From Camelus dromedarius (lineage: Eukaryota), in the NCBI RefSeq assembly GCF_036321535.1, contig NC_087464.1, positions 17,112,001-17,176,000 of the forward strand: a stretch of DNA of 64,000 nucleotides. The letters run 5' to 3'. Below the pieces are notes generated by a model. The model was not told where the DNA came from and did no database searches. It was given only the letters and a program-made list of their open reading frames with translations. Position numbers and translations under genes: made by a program. This document shows, one piece after another, positions 39,428-51,300 of the stretch (positions are counted from its first letter, which is position 1; each line of letters opens with the position of its first letter).

Positions 39428-40799
39428 CAGTCCACCTTCATTCCATATTTGCAAATTTGCCTACTCTCGAACATTTATTTGTAACCCCCAAATCAATATT
39501 CACGGCACTTTCAGGGTCATTGTGGACAGGGGCAGAGCTGCAAAAAACTTGAGTCACTTGACTAGCATGTTTCCAGCTGAGGTTGAACAAGGCCATGCTC
39601 TGCCTTCCTGCTTCAGCTCTCGTACTGCAAATGAGTGTCCTTTGTTGGGTCAATTTAATGCCACGTTTTTTGTGTTTTTTGTTATTGATTTCACTTTTTA
39701 AATGACCCCCAAGCGTAGTGCTGATGTGCTATCTAATGTTCCTAGGATCCAGAAGACTGTGACATAACTTATGGAGAAAATATGTGTTAGATAAGCTTCC
39801 TTTGGGCACGAGTCATAGTGTCCCTGGCTGTGACTTCTTTGTTAATGAATCAGCAATACCTTATACTTAGCAAGAGGAAATTGGCCAATCTGTACGTAAG
39901 GCTGCTCCAGAAAGTACTAAAGACATTTAAAACTCATGATGAAGCTATAGAGGAGATAGAAAAGTGGATAAATTTGTAGATTCATGAGATGACAGGCAGT
40001 AAAACAGCAGAGCTGACAGCACTGTTGTGAGGCTTGAAAGAAAGAAATTTACAGTCACACTGAGTCAGGAAAATGTTACATACTTTCAGTGAGTTCTAGC
40101 TGGCTCAAACATTTCAAAAGGCAATAAGGGCATGAAAAATGTTAAATTTGCAGGCAAGCCTGATTCCGCAGATCAGGAGGCTATGGAAAAAAATTTTAAA
40201 TACCTGCCAAATGTTATACAGGAAAAAGGTCGTGTGGAAGAGCAGGTTTACATTACTGATGAGACCAACTTGTTTTACAAGGACATTGGCAAGCGAACCC
40301 CATATACTGCAAATAGCCTCCAAAGTCCCACCTTTAAAATCTTTGAAAGACCCCACAATCAATCATTTGTAAGAAATATGTATTAAATAAGGTGTCTTAA
40401 TCCAAAGTAGGTCTTTTTTTTAAAATGGAGGTGCTGGGGATTGAACCCGCGTCTTGTACATGCTAAGCATGCATTCCACCACTGCAAATTGTTAGTGTTA
40501 TCTTTTTAGGGGGGAGAGGCAATTAGATTTATTTGTTTATCTTTATTTTAACGGAGGTACTAGGGATAGAGCCCAGGACCTCATACATGCTAAGTACACA
40601 CTCTACCACTGAGCTATACCCTCCCCCCAAATAAGGATTTTTTAAATAGAAACACACACAAAACAAGGTTATATGTTGATTGGTGACAAAAATGTTGTGA
40701 CTAGAGGCTCCCAGGAATCTAACCCTGTATTTCCTCTCTGAGCAATGGTTCTGTATTTGCTAATTCAGTGCTTGCAGAGACTTTATAGAACATAACGAC
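39428..40799 (+). mobile_element. TcMar-Tigger DNA transposon (MER82-like ends) with decayed transposase
   Basis: Decayed ORF starts MTPKRSADVLSNVP at 39702. The 40132-40386 frame, MKNVKFAGKPDSADQEAMEKNFKYLPNVIQEKGRVEEQVYITDETNLFYK, resembles the pogo/Tigger segment containing the first catalytic Asp (NADETGLF). Confidence 0.85.
40400..40628 (-). mobile_element. Two tandem camelid SINEs inside the Tigger
   Basis: Partial copy at 40415-40486 and full copy at 40502-40628; flanks AAATAAGGTGTCTT / AAATAAGGATTTTT. Confidence 0.88.
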
Positions 40800-41195
40800 T
40801 GTCGTTAAGAAACAAAATTCAACTGAGTAAATGTAAAGTTCAAAGTGGTTTTTTTCAACGATTTATAAATCAAGCAGCATCTTATCTAGCAAGTAGAAAG
40901 GAGTCCCAAAGAGCAGCAGAAAAAGAGGTTTTTGTAGACAAAGGAGGCAGGTACCAGGGACGAAGTAGATGACCTTATCTTTCTTTAGGGGGTGGAAGGG
41001 GTCGATCAGACAGATTACCTCAATACTGTTGACCAGGAAATTTCAGGAATTATTTAAGTTCTTCAGACTGACCACTTAAGATGACATTCCTGCAAGAGAT
41101 TAAAATTGCAATTAGGTTAACTATTAAATTTTGGTTTGATGATGTGGGCATAGCACAAATGACTCCATTTGGGCCCTGTTATCTCTTTTTTAACA
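40800..41195 (-). mobile_element. Probable ERV1-class solo LTR
   Basis: TG...CA bounded ~395-bp block; the minus strand begins TGTTAAAAAAGAGATAACAGGGCCCAAATGGAGTCA, MER4/MER34-group-like. Family not certain. Confidence 0.55.
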
Positions 41196-41749
41196 CTGTA
41201 AACAATGAGAAACTTAGAATTAAACAATATGGCCTTACCATAGGCAACCTAATCACTCCATCATTGAGCAATATTTAGGTTGATTTTATTTTTTAAAATA
41301 TTACATCCAGTGTGTACATGCCTCTATATGCATGGATATTTTTCTAAGATAGATACTCAGAAGTTCAAAGGAGATTCGAAGAGTATGCCTATTTGAAATA
41401 TTAATAGATTCTGCTAAATCATATACCAAAGGCTTCCTCAATTTGCATTCCTACCAACAGTCTGTGAAAGTTGTCATTTTTCTGGATCTTCATCAGACTG
41501 TGTATTACCAGCATTCTAAAAAAATTTTTGCCAATTTGGTTGTCATATAATGATATCTCGTTTTTGTGTGTGTATTTGGATTATTGGTGAGTTTGAAAAT
41601 CCTTTCATATGTTTAGTGAACAATTCATAAGGTTTTAATTGAAAAATATAATAGTTGGATTATCATGTAATGTACTAATGTACAGACTATATAGTCAACC
41701 CACATATTCATTGCACTACACATACCAAGTTACCCAGAGCTGATACAGT

Positions 41750-42070
41750 CTTGTGGCAGCTCCAGGTTCAGCACCATCAGTAGCTTTCTGATGTCATCAA
41801 AGACCTAGGTTCTTTCTCTCTTTCTGCTCTGCCATCTCAAGCTGGCTCCCTATCTTACCACAACATGGCTGCAACAGTTTCAGACATCACATCAGCTATG
41901 GAAAATCCATAGACAGAATGAAACCATCTCTTCAAGTATGGGAACTGTTCCCAGGAGCCCCCATGAAGGTTACCTTTCTCATTTCCTAGGTCAGAATCGT
42001 GTCACTGTTCACCCTTCACACCAGTCACTAGCAAGGAAAATAGGGCCACCATGATTAGCTTAGTGTCTTC
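41750..42070 (-). mobile_element. MaLR LTR (MLT1J-like)
   Basis: GTCATCAAAGACCTAGGTTCTTTC...CTGCTCTGCCATC...CAACATGGCTGCAACAGTTTCAGACATCACATC. Confidence 0.7.
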
Positions 42071-43365
42071 AAATAGGCCGGACAGTCCTACCTCAGGGCC
42101 CTTGCACTTCCTGGAATGCTCTTCCCTCAGACATCAGCAAGGCATGGCCCCTTTTCTTCTTTCAGTCTTTTCCTACTTCTCACCTTATCAGCAAGGCCTT
42201 TCTTGTTCACAATTACACCTCCAGCACTCTCCACTTCTCTTCTCTACTTTAGTTTATTCTAACATACCATGTACTTCACTTATTATTTAAATTTATTGTC
42301 CATCTCTTTCAGCCAGAGTGTAAGCTGGATGAGGGTAGGGATTTTGCTATTTTGCTCACTGCCGAATCATTAGCATGTCTTGGCACATATAAAGAACACT
42401 CAATAAATATTTGTTGAATGAGGGAGTAAACCATCTGACTGAATTCCACCTGAATCCATCTATCAATTAATTATAAACTCAGGTGAGGGAAAGAGAGGAG
42501 GTGTTTACTGACCTCCCCCAAACTCCAGCAATGCTTACACATCAGCAGAGCAGCCTCACGGCCTCTCCACTGTCACCTACCAATCTTTGCTCCCCACACA
42601 GCACTGCCATCCAGACTTGGGGTTGCAGCTGCTCCATGGAAGGTGGCACAACTCAGTGGAAGCACAGTTCCCGATGCTGGTTGTGGTCATTCGTCTCACA
42701 TGACCACACCACCTGATGGAGCCACACGGTAGCTGAGAACCTCTGCTCCAGGACGCTCTGCAGCCTTAGGTGATGGCTTTGGACATGGCTGCCAGGCTCC
42801 TCTCATCCCAATGTCCTGCCCTCACCCTCAGTGACTTCAGGATACATGCTGATTCCACCTTCACCACCTGCGCTCATGGTCCTTTCACCTCCTCTGCTCC
42901 AGTGACTTACACCTCCAGCTGCTCAACCTCCCAAGACCTGGCCACATGGGAGCCTGCTTCCACTTCAAGAGCCAGAGGGGCCTGTCCAGCCAGTACAGCT
43001 CCCACCCCAGTCCCACTGCCATTCTCTCCCCTCCTGTTGTCCTGGGTTCTGCCATCTGACTGGCCTGGGGAGTGGGAAAAAGATGGGGAGACAAAGGAGG
43101 GACATAAACACTGGGCCTCAGTGCCCTGGGCTGCCCAGCTTGGGGAGAGTCTCCTCCCTCCTGTTGCTCTTTGAGGCCTGAGGGATTCCCTTACATACGT
43201 ATAAAAACTTTCACATCACTAGGGAAATTGCTTAATTTCACTAATGTTTTAAGTCAACTGGGAACTCATTACTGGACGTGAATGACAAGAGTGCTTGCCC
43301 TCCAGGAACTCCCCAACAGCTTACTGGTCCTCAAGTTTTAAGACCTTGAGAAGAAACTGAGGTGG

Positions 43366-43405
43366 AAAAACAAAACAGAAACAAACAAACAAACAAACAA
43401 AACAG
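43366..43405. repeat. (AAAC)n microsatellite
   Basis: Direct reading of the sequence. Confidence 0.9.
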
Positions 43406-44974
43406 AAAGACTACAGTGTATGGACTCCACCTTGTTTTATTGGAAATTTGAGAATGTTCATGAATACATTTCTTTCTGTTTTCAGAGCACAAGAAGTATT
43501 TCTAACTTTTCTGGATAATTCATAGTTATGAACTGTTGGGTCTTGTCCTGGACTTTTTAAATAAATTCAGTGTGACCTTGAAAATAAACTGTCTCCAGGC
43601 TATAATCTATTAACCCATGCCTTGAAAATGGGTGATGTTCAAAGATAAATTTTTAAAGAGGACATAATTATGACTCTCTTCAGGTATAAAATGAACATGT
43701 GTCAAAGATTTTATTTAACTCATTAATTAATCAGGGAACCAATAACATGTTACAATAGTTCACAACAAAAGCTCACAAGAGAATTCAAAGAACTACATGT
43801 ACACTTATGTAGGCAGAAAAGGAATGCTAAAATGAATTTATAAATACGTGCAAATGTATCTGCCCACAGATTATACGCAATTATCTGCAATAACCATTGC
43901 CTTTTATCAGACACAACTAATTTGTGATTCTATGGACAAGAATAATAGATCAAAGGCCAGAAAAGACAAAGATGTCACAGAAGGGTACCCTTAGAAAGAA
44001 AGTAATTTGGGGGAGGAGGGGTCCATTTCAGTCTTTCACTTTTTTCTCACAGCGACCACTGGAGATCAAGAAATTGAATAAATTAAAAATTTAAATGTAT
44101 ACATAATGGTGTATATATTTGTTGAAACGCTGATATGTGTACTTAAGATTTATGCATTTCATTGTATAAATTTTACCTCAGTTAAAAAAATTACAAATTG
44201 AGAAAACTTGTGGACATTAAAAATATTATTAATAAAATTAGAAACTAAGCAATACACAGAGACTGGCAGGGCCTGAAAGGGTCGGGCACTAAGAATGAGA
44301 CATTAGAAACTGGCAAAAGACTCTTGGTGCTGAGGGGGTGGAGTCACCTAACAGGCCTATGTCTGAAGGATGCGCGCACAGTGTCACCTTGGTGAAAACG
44401 TGCTGGGGTGACAGAGTGACACCTTGTGGTGGTGCGGAGCAATTGCAGAAACAGCCACTGTCAGAGCTTGAGTGGTTTGGGGTTTTCTCCCACTGGTCTG
44501 AGTGTCCACAGGACTCCTTTGTGGGTTATGTAAACCCCAGGGTCCTGACAAGTACAAGAGAATGGGGAGCTCCAAGAAGGAAGTAATTGGCTAACTCAGC
44601 AGTTAGAGGCTAGAGCTAGTTTTTTGGGGGTTTTTTGGTTGTTTTGTTTTGTTTTTTTAGAGCTAGTTTTTTCATTTACTTCGGAAAAATGTTTAAAGGC
44701 ATCCTGACTGTTGTGGTACAGTTCATATTGGCCACATTCATATGTGTAGAAACAAGAATGAAAGGAAATCCACCACAATGGTAGCAGGTTATATTTGGGT
44801 TAAGATTACACATGATTTTTACTACTGTTTTTTTTTTTAAAGGTTTCTGTATGTTCCAAAACTTCAACAATACACATATATCACTTTGCTTTTATTTTGT
44901 TTTGTTCTGACAGAAATATTAATTTTTCTCATAAAGGGTGTACAATAATATGCTACTGTGGTTCTTAAATTTTT

Positions 44975-45657
44975 TATTATTTTTTGAAGACAATTTTTTG
45001 GAGCAGTTTTAAGTTCACAGCAAAATTAAAGGGAAGGTACAGAGATTTCCTGTGTATCCCCTGCCTCCCCACATGCACAGCCTCCCCCATTATCAACATC
45101 CCCACCAAAGTGGTACATTTTGTACCAAGTGGTACATTGGACCTACACTGACACATTACAATCACCCAAAGTCCATAATTTACTTTACAGTTCACTCATG
45201 GTGTTGTACATCCTATGAGTTTGGACAAATAAATGTTCAATGACGTGTGTCCATCACTATAGTACCATACAGAATATTTTCACAGCCCTAAAAATTTTCT
45301 GGGCTCCATCTATTCATCCCTCCTTGCCCTCCTGACCCAACTCTTGGCAACTACTGATCTTTTTACTGTCTCCATAGTTTTGCCTTTTCCAGCATGTCAT
45401 ACAGCTGGAATAATACAGAATGTGTCCTTTTCAGATTGGCTTCTTTCACTTAGTAATATGCATTTAAGTTTCTATCATGTCTTTTCATAGCTTGATAGCT
45501 CATTTTCAGTGCTAAATAGTACTCCAATGTCTAGAGGTACCACAGTTTATTTATCCATTCATCTTCTGAAGGACATCTTGGTTGCTCCCAAGTTTGAGCA
45601 GTTATGAAGAAAGTTGCTACAAACATCTGTTTGCAGGTTTTTATGTGGCCATAAAGT
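44975..45657 (-). mobile_element. L1MA/MB-type 3' end running into the gap
   Basis: GAGCAGTTTTAAGTTCACAGCAAAATTAAAGGGAAGGTACAGAGATTTCC...GAAGGACATCTTGGTTGCTCCCAAGTTT. Confidence 0.88.
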
Positions 45658-45828
45658 NNNNNNNNNNNNNNNNNNNNNNNNNNNNNNNNNNNNNNNNNNN
45701 NNNNNNNNNNNNNNNNNNNNNNNNNNNNNNNNNNNNNNNNNNNNNNNNNNNNNNNNNNNNNNNNNNNNNNNNNNNNNNNNNNNNNNNNNNNNNNNNNNNN
45801 NNNNNNNNNNNNNNNNNNNNNNNNNNNN
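45658..45828. other. Assembly gap (171 N)
   Basis: Run of N. Confidence 1.
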
Positions 45829-45922
45829 TTTTTTAATACATAAAGTTTTAAGAGGAAAAAACACAAAATTCCTCAACTCCATTATTATTATTAAAGAAGT
45901 AAATAAATGCACACACGGTAAA

Positions 45923-45979
45923 ATTTTTTTACTTTTGATTTTATAGTTTCCTAAAATATAAAATCAAAAGTAAAAAAAT
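45923..45979. repeat. Perfect 23-bp inverted repeat with 11-nt spacer
   Basis: ATTTTTTTACTTTTGATTTTATA-GTTTCCTAAAA-TATAAAATCAAAAGTAAAAAAAT. Confidence 0.95.
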
Positions 45980-48499
45980 CTCCCTTTTGTTTTCTAGTAC
46001 CTCTTGATAAAGTTAATCACCATTCACACTTTCTTGTGTATTCTATGCAGCAAGAAAAATTTATTAGGTAATCTGTCAGCACATGTATTAAATGTTTCTT
46101 TCCTTTACATTTTTTCACAAACTGTGTCATACTATACGCACACCGTTTTGCACCTTGCTTTTTTCGCCCACTAGGAACTCTTTCTCTATTAGCATACAGA
46201 GATCAACCTCATTTTTTAAAAGACAGCTGAATTCTAAGGAAAGAGATTCCAAACATTATCTAGGCCTCTATCCATAAACATTTAAATTATTTCAAATTTT
46301 TGCTATAAATATTGCAGTAATAAACATTACTGTATGTATCTGGACATATTTTTATGATTCTATTTACAGGTCATATTCCTAGCAATAGAATTGCTGGTTC
46401 TCCTTCCAAAATCTCTGCACCAGTTTATACCACCACTAATAGTATGAGAGTGAATTATTTTTTTCTTCACTGTCAACACTCCTGTGTATTATCACACTTA
46501 AAATATTTTGCCAACACCACAGGAGAAAATGGCATCTATATTCGTTTTGATTTGCATTTTAAAAATTATTGGTGGGTTTGAGCTTTCTCTGTCTCTGTCT
46601 CTCTCCCTCCCTCTCTCCCTGTGACCTGCTTATTCTTATCCTTTACTCATTTTCCTATTAAGTTCTTGGTCTTTTTCATGATCACATCTATAAACTCGTA
46701 GTAAATTAGAAATCAACCCTTAGTTTGTCACATGTTACAAATATTTCCCCCACTTTGTCATTTCTTTTTGACTTCATTTATAGTCTATGATGCTTTTTGG
46801 ATGTTTTTAATTTTGTGTGTTCAAATTTATCTTTATTTTTCTTCCTGATTTCTGAGTGCATCAGTTTATAATTCAAAAAAATTCAAGTTGCTCGTGTGTG
46901 CGTGTGTGTAAATTATATCAAACATACAATAGTAAAAGCTCACTAGGGGGAAAGAATATGGCACCAAACCATTCCCTGGGGAGATCTCTACCTCCCAGGC
47001 CATGTGGCTCAGTAAATCTCATAGTCACTGGCTTCATTAATTTTGTAAAGGAGTATATTAGGAGCAGCAAAATGATTTGATGAGCCAGTTAGGGATCTTG
47101 TCTTAAAGCCTCTTTTGCACACCCAAGTGTATTGGAAGCTTTTACTAAAGGTTTCCAAAAATTTGCTTTTCTTTCCAGTGGTCAACTATTCTCATTATAC
47201 TATTCTTCCTATACAGTAAGCAGCCTAAGAATTATGTGTATGTGTGTGTAATGTGTGTGTGCACATGAACATTCCTGTATTTCAATTTTTTTCCCTTTTT
47301 TCTTCCTATTTTTATAATTCGTCTTTACTTGTGATACCTGGGAGATCCTGAAGATTATGGAGCTAGATCTCTTCTAAAATACCCCTCTCGAGCTACCCCA
47401 GGCAGCTCCCGTGCCTCTGTGTCTTGGCAAGCACCACCCCACTTTGGGGCTTCCTCCTGAGTCATTCTGTCCAGCCCAGAGCACCCTTGTGTCTTCCCAG
47501 AAATATCCCTGAATAGAGCAGTTCAGAATAGGGCGTGGGAATGGGCCGGAGGTTGTAAATCCATTTTCCTCCTTGGCACGAAGAGGTCAGAGGAGCCCGG
47601 GCCAGGCAGCTGAGAAAGAGAAGAGCTGGCGTGCCCCGAGGAACAACCTAAGGCCTTTTGGGCCCAAAGGGCCTCCCTCTGCCACACTAAATGCAAACCA
47701 TTCAAAAAACGAAACAAAACAAAAACCAGGAAAAGATACTGGTCTTGTGGAATTAAAAAAAAAAATGCATTCTAAACAAAAAAAAAAATCCTGCTCTAGG
47801 TCTCCTTTTCACATGGCATGTGTTGTGTCATACTTAAGTTCGCAGTTGTTCGGTGACACATCCTTGGACTGAAGCTCATACTTCCGTTTGTAAAATAAAC
47901 GTTTCCCCGATCCTATGCTCTAGTTCCTCTTCCCGTCTGGGCATTCCCGGGACCAGCCCCTCTTTAGTCCTTTCCTTCTCTTTAGGCCAGTTGTACAGCA
48001 TCCTACAACACTGTCCCTTTAAATGACCTCTTCCCAGTCACATTTTGTGGCCCATCGCTGTGGCACAACTAGCAACAATGAGACACACCTTTCGTACAAC
48101 CAGAGGAGTCTCCTTTCATACTCCGGCATCGTCATTGAGGAAGTAGGTGTGATTAAGCAATGATGGGGGTCTTGGTTAGGGGGAGTTACTTCCTGCGTCC
48201 TCAAGGTCCAAAGGCCCCTCCTGCCTCAATGCCTGGGCCTCATCTGCTCAGGTGTCATCAGCCCTGATTGTGACCAGGTGTCATGGAGAGTGCCCATACC
48301 CCTCCTCATCTTTATCATCTCCATCAACTCGAGATGAGCTGGGAGCTCCCAAAAGGCCTTAGACTGAGCATTCCTTGGGTGAGTTTCCTTCTTGCTCAGC
48401 ATCTAAAGACAAGTAGTGACACATGTACTTTCTGCCTGTCCAGTTTTTCCTAACAGGTCTTCACCAAATCAGAAAGCTCACCTTTGTGTGTGGTATTAG

Positions 48500-48840
48500 T
48501 AAGGAAATCTAGGAGCCAGATCCAATCCCCTCTCACCCTGGTGGGTCCAGGGAGTGGGCATGTGATTTAGACTCAATTAGCCACACGCTCGTTCCCTGGT
48601 CTTGGAATCTTGAGAGGAAGGCAGGCAAACAGAGATGGTGTAACATCCCCAGGACTCATGGGGTGGGCAGACTAGACTGTTTCTGCTAATTGATTGTTGC
48701 TGTGGTTCTTAGGACTTGTTCTCAAGCCTGATCCCTCAACTCCCATTTACTCTGTGAGTTCCTTGATATTCTTTCAGTAAGTCCCATTAGAGTTAGCCAG
48801 AGTAGTCCCCTGAAGTTTTTAACCAAGAGCGCTCACTGGT
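48500..48840 (+). mobile_element. MaLR LTR fragment
   Basis: GGGCATGTGATTTAGACTCAATTAGCC...CTGTGAGTTCC...TAGAGTTAGCCAGAGTAG...AACCAAGAG motifs. Confidence 0.55.
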
Positions 48841-49531
48841 AGAACAGAGCTTCTGTCATCCCTGTAGTTTGGTGGATGGAGAAAGGAATTGCTTGGAGGA
48901 GCAACCCTACTCACTGAACTATGCTGTGTTTTTGAATTTGTTTGCTGTCTCAGGGCACTGGCTTGGGTTCCAGGACCACAATGCCAGGAAATGGTCTTAA
49001 ATGTGACTTGCTCTCTATCTAAATGTGGGATGAGTTGACATTGGCCAGGACCAACTTCTCAGAGAATCAGGCACAGGACAGAAATGGTTGGATCCAGGAT
49101 TCTCCTGTGACAAGTTTCTTGTGGTCATGGGTTGTCTTGGGATAGGAGAAGAGGAAAATGAACTCAGGCTGCTGGGAAGTTTCAAATGTATCCCACCCCT
49201 CAATCTCCAAACCCAACCACACAAATAATTTCCCATTTGTGTAAATTTCCATTCCCGGTGAGGATGGAAAAGTGGAGATACAAATTTTTGTTAATACACA
49301 AGATCATCTCACGAATGATCATCCTCAATCATTTTGGAGATCTTGCTCTCTAGGAATGCTGACCACTGGAGAGGTGGTGGCTAGGAATTCTGCATCCAGG
49401 CACTTACTGCACATTTCCCAGGCTAGCCTGGAGGTGGTGCTGTTTGCATGTGGTCACTTGGGCCCAATAATTTAAGATGCTACCGTGCCAGGGATGTAGC
49501 ATTCAATAGCTGAACCTCCTTTGCATCCTTA

Positions 49532-49617
49532 AAAAAAATTTTTTTAATGGAGCATACTGGGGATTGAACCCAGGATCTCATGCACTCTACTACTGAGCTA
49601 TACACCACTCCCCCCCA
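49532..49617 (-). mobile_element. Internally deleted camelid SINE with 13-bp TSD
   Basis: TSD CTTTGCATC(C/T)TTA at 49519-49531 and 49618-49630. Confidence 0.85.
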
Positions 49618-50639
49618 CTTTGCATCTTTATATTTAAAGAGGTTAATTAGTGGGAAATGAATGAAATTCAAATATCTTTGGAGTGGTGCAGAGAACTTTC
49701 TAAGAATGACACAAAACTCAGAAGCTATAAATAGACAAGATCGACAAATTTGACGGCATAAACATGTCAAGTTTCTATATGAAAAAAACAAAAAGCAAAA
49801 AGCAAACTGAGAAGGATAGTAGCGACTTCTGTGACAAAGGAATCATTTTCTTAATATACTAAGAGCTCTTATGAGTAAATCCAATTTAAAAAGTGGGAAG
49901 AAGATACGCACAATCAGTTCATGGAAACGAGATTAAAATCACCAGCAAACACGAAACATTTCTCAAACGCTCATAAAGTGAAAACGAAACTTAAATGAAA
50001 ATTAAAACAAATGTCATTTGATTGTGCGTGCCCCCAATAATTGCTCCGTATAAAAATACAAGAATGTTCCATCACAGATCATTAAGAGTGTCTTTCTCTC
50101 CATTCTATTTCTTCCTGGGGTTTCCAGGCAGTTTCTCACCTGTTGTCATATGGTGATGGGGCAGCCATTTCTTCAAGGGCGCCAACCGTGGGAACACTAC
50201 GATAGAGGCCAATCTCCCACTCTCACCTCCTAGTGCTAAGACTGACAATAAGTAACATTGGGATAAGTACTAAAATGGAGACGTTGAAGAGGTATGCTAG
50301 GCGCGGGAGGTGATGATGGAGCGGGCTCCACACAAGAGGGGATGGACGAAAGCATGGTAATTCTGTGGTAGAAAAGGCAGGACAGGGCTTTCCTCCAGAC
50401 GCAGGAACACCACGTGCGAAAACAAAGGGGTGTCGTAAGACAGGTGTGTGTGGATCTGCAAATTGAGGGAGGGGAGCCGGGCTCGGACCAGAAAGGACTT
50501 CTTCGGTGCAGATTCCTTTCCTGCCCCCGGTGTGCTTTCAGACGTCGAGGGGCCTAATAATATTACTTGCCACATAGTTCACAGCTTCCATCCAGATTTC
50601 CCTTTTTACAGAGGGAAGGACTTATGGAAGACTTAAAGA

Positions 50640-51300
50640 AGTGAAACGATCTGCTCTGGCCCATACTAGGGACTTGACGGCCAGTCGGCGCACTTTCCTA
50701 CCTCTGGCCCTCCGGCACCCCGTAGGTTATCAACCCAAAGCTCCGCTCCCTGGCCCGAGGTCTCGGTCGGCTCGGCGGACTACATCTCCCACAATGCCTT
50801 CGGCCCAGCCTCCCTCCCGCCTCCCGCTGGGTCTGTCCCCGCCAGTAGGAAAGCAAAGTTTCCAGGGGCCGTTCTCGGCAGCCAATGAGCGCGGCGGGGG
50901 GCGGGCCTCTCCCGTCCATTGTTCTCGGTGCCCCTCGGGCTTGAGCCTCCGTGACTCCGGAGGGGCCGGGCCGTGCCTGGGGGCACTTTTGTGCGCGGAG
51001 AGGCCGCCCGAGCGGGATCTGGTTTCTGGAGAGGTGAGCCCGGAGAGACAGAGGTAGAGCCGCGCGGGCCAGGGGAGTAGCTCGAGGCGAGGGGATAACG
51101 GGCCTGGAGCCAGTGCGGGCAGCCCTGCTGGGGGAGGGGCGTCGGGGGCGCTGTCCGCATCCCGCGCTGCGCCGCTGTGCGGGTTTAGGCTCCCGGTCCG
51201 CTCAGCCGCCGGACCCTGACTCTTCTCCCTAGCGGTGAGCACCTTGTACATCCAACCAGAGGCGCACGGTTTGGACTGGAAAGCACATTGGACGACATCC
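50640..51300 (+). promoter_or_regulatory. ZSCAN2: ZSCAN2 CpG island / promoter
   Basis: CpG-rich; ZNF143 SBS ACTACATCTCCCACAATGC at 50779-50797, CCAAT at 50882-50886, GC box at 50897-50905. Confidence 0.9.
50950..51033 (+). other. ZSCAN2: ZSCAN2 non-coding exon 1 (5' boundary approximate)
   Basis: Donor GAG|GTGAGC at 51034; a possible alternative donor CG|GTGAGC at 51235. Confidence 0.6.

Noticed and set aside
43540-44000. Repeat-like block, possibly ERV-internal or L1 5' region
   Set aside because: Looks like an old interspersed repeat, but I could not assign family or boundaries.
45531-45946. ORFs spanning the N-run (also 60999-61340)
   Set aside because: Artefacts of translating gaps within L1 sequence.
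49000-49330. Minus-strand peptides IREMILCINKNL and KKLVTGESW, faintly KRAB-A/B-like
   Set aside because: Similarity too weak, splice sites and phases inconsistent, and no downstream zinc-finger remnants found.
50641-51251. ORFs of 126-173 aa across the ZSCAN2 CpG island
   Set aside because: GC-rich artefacts with no domain.
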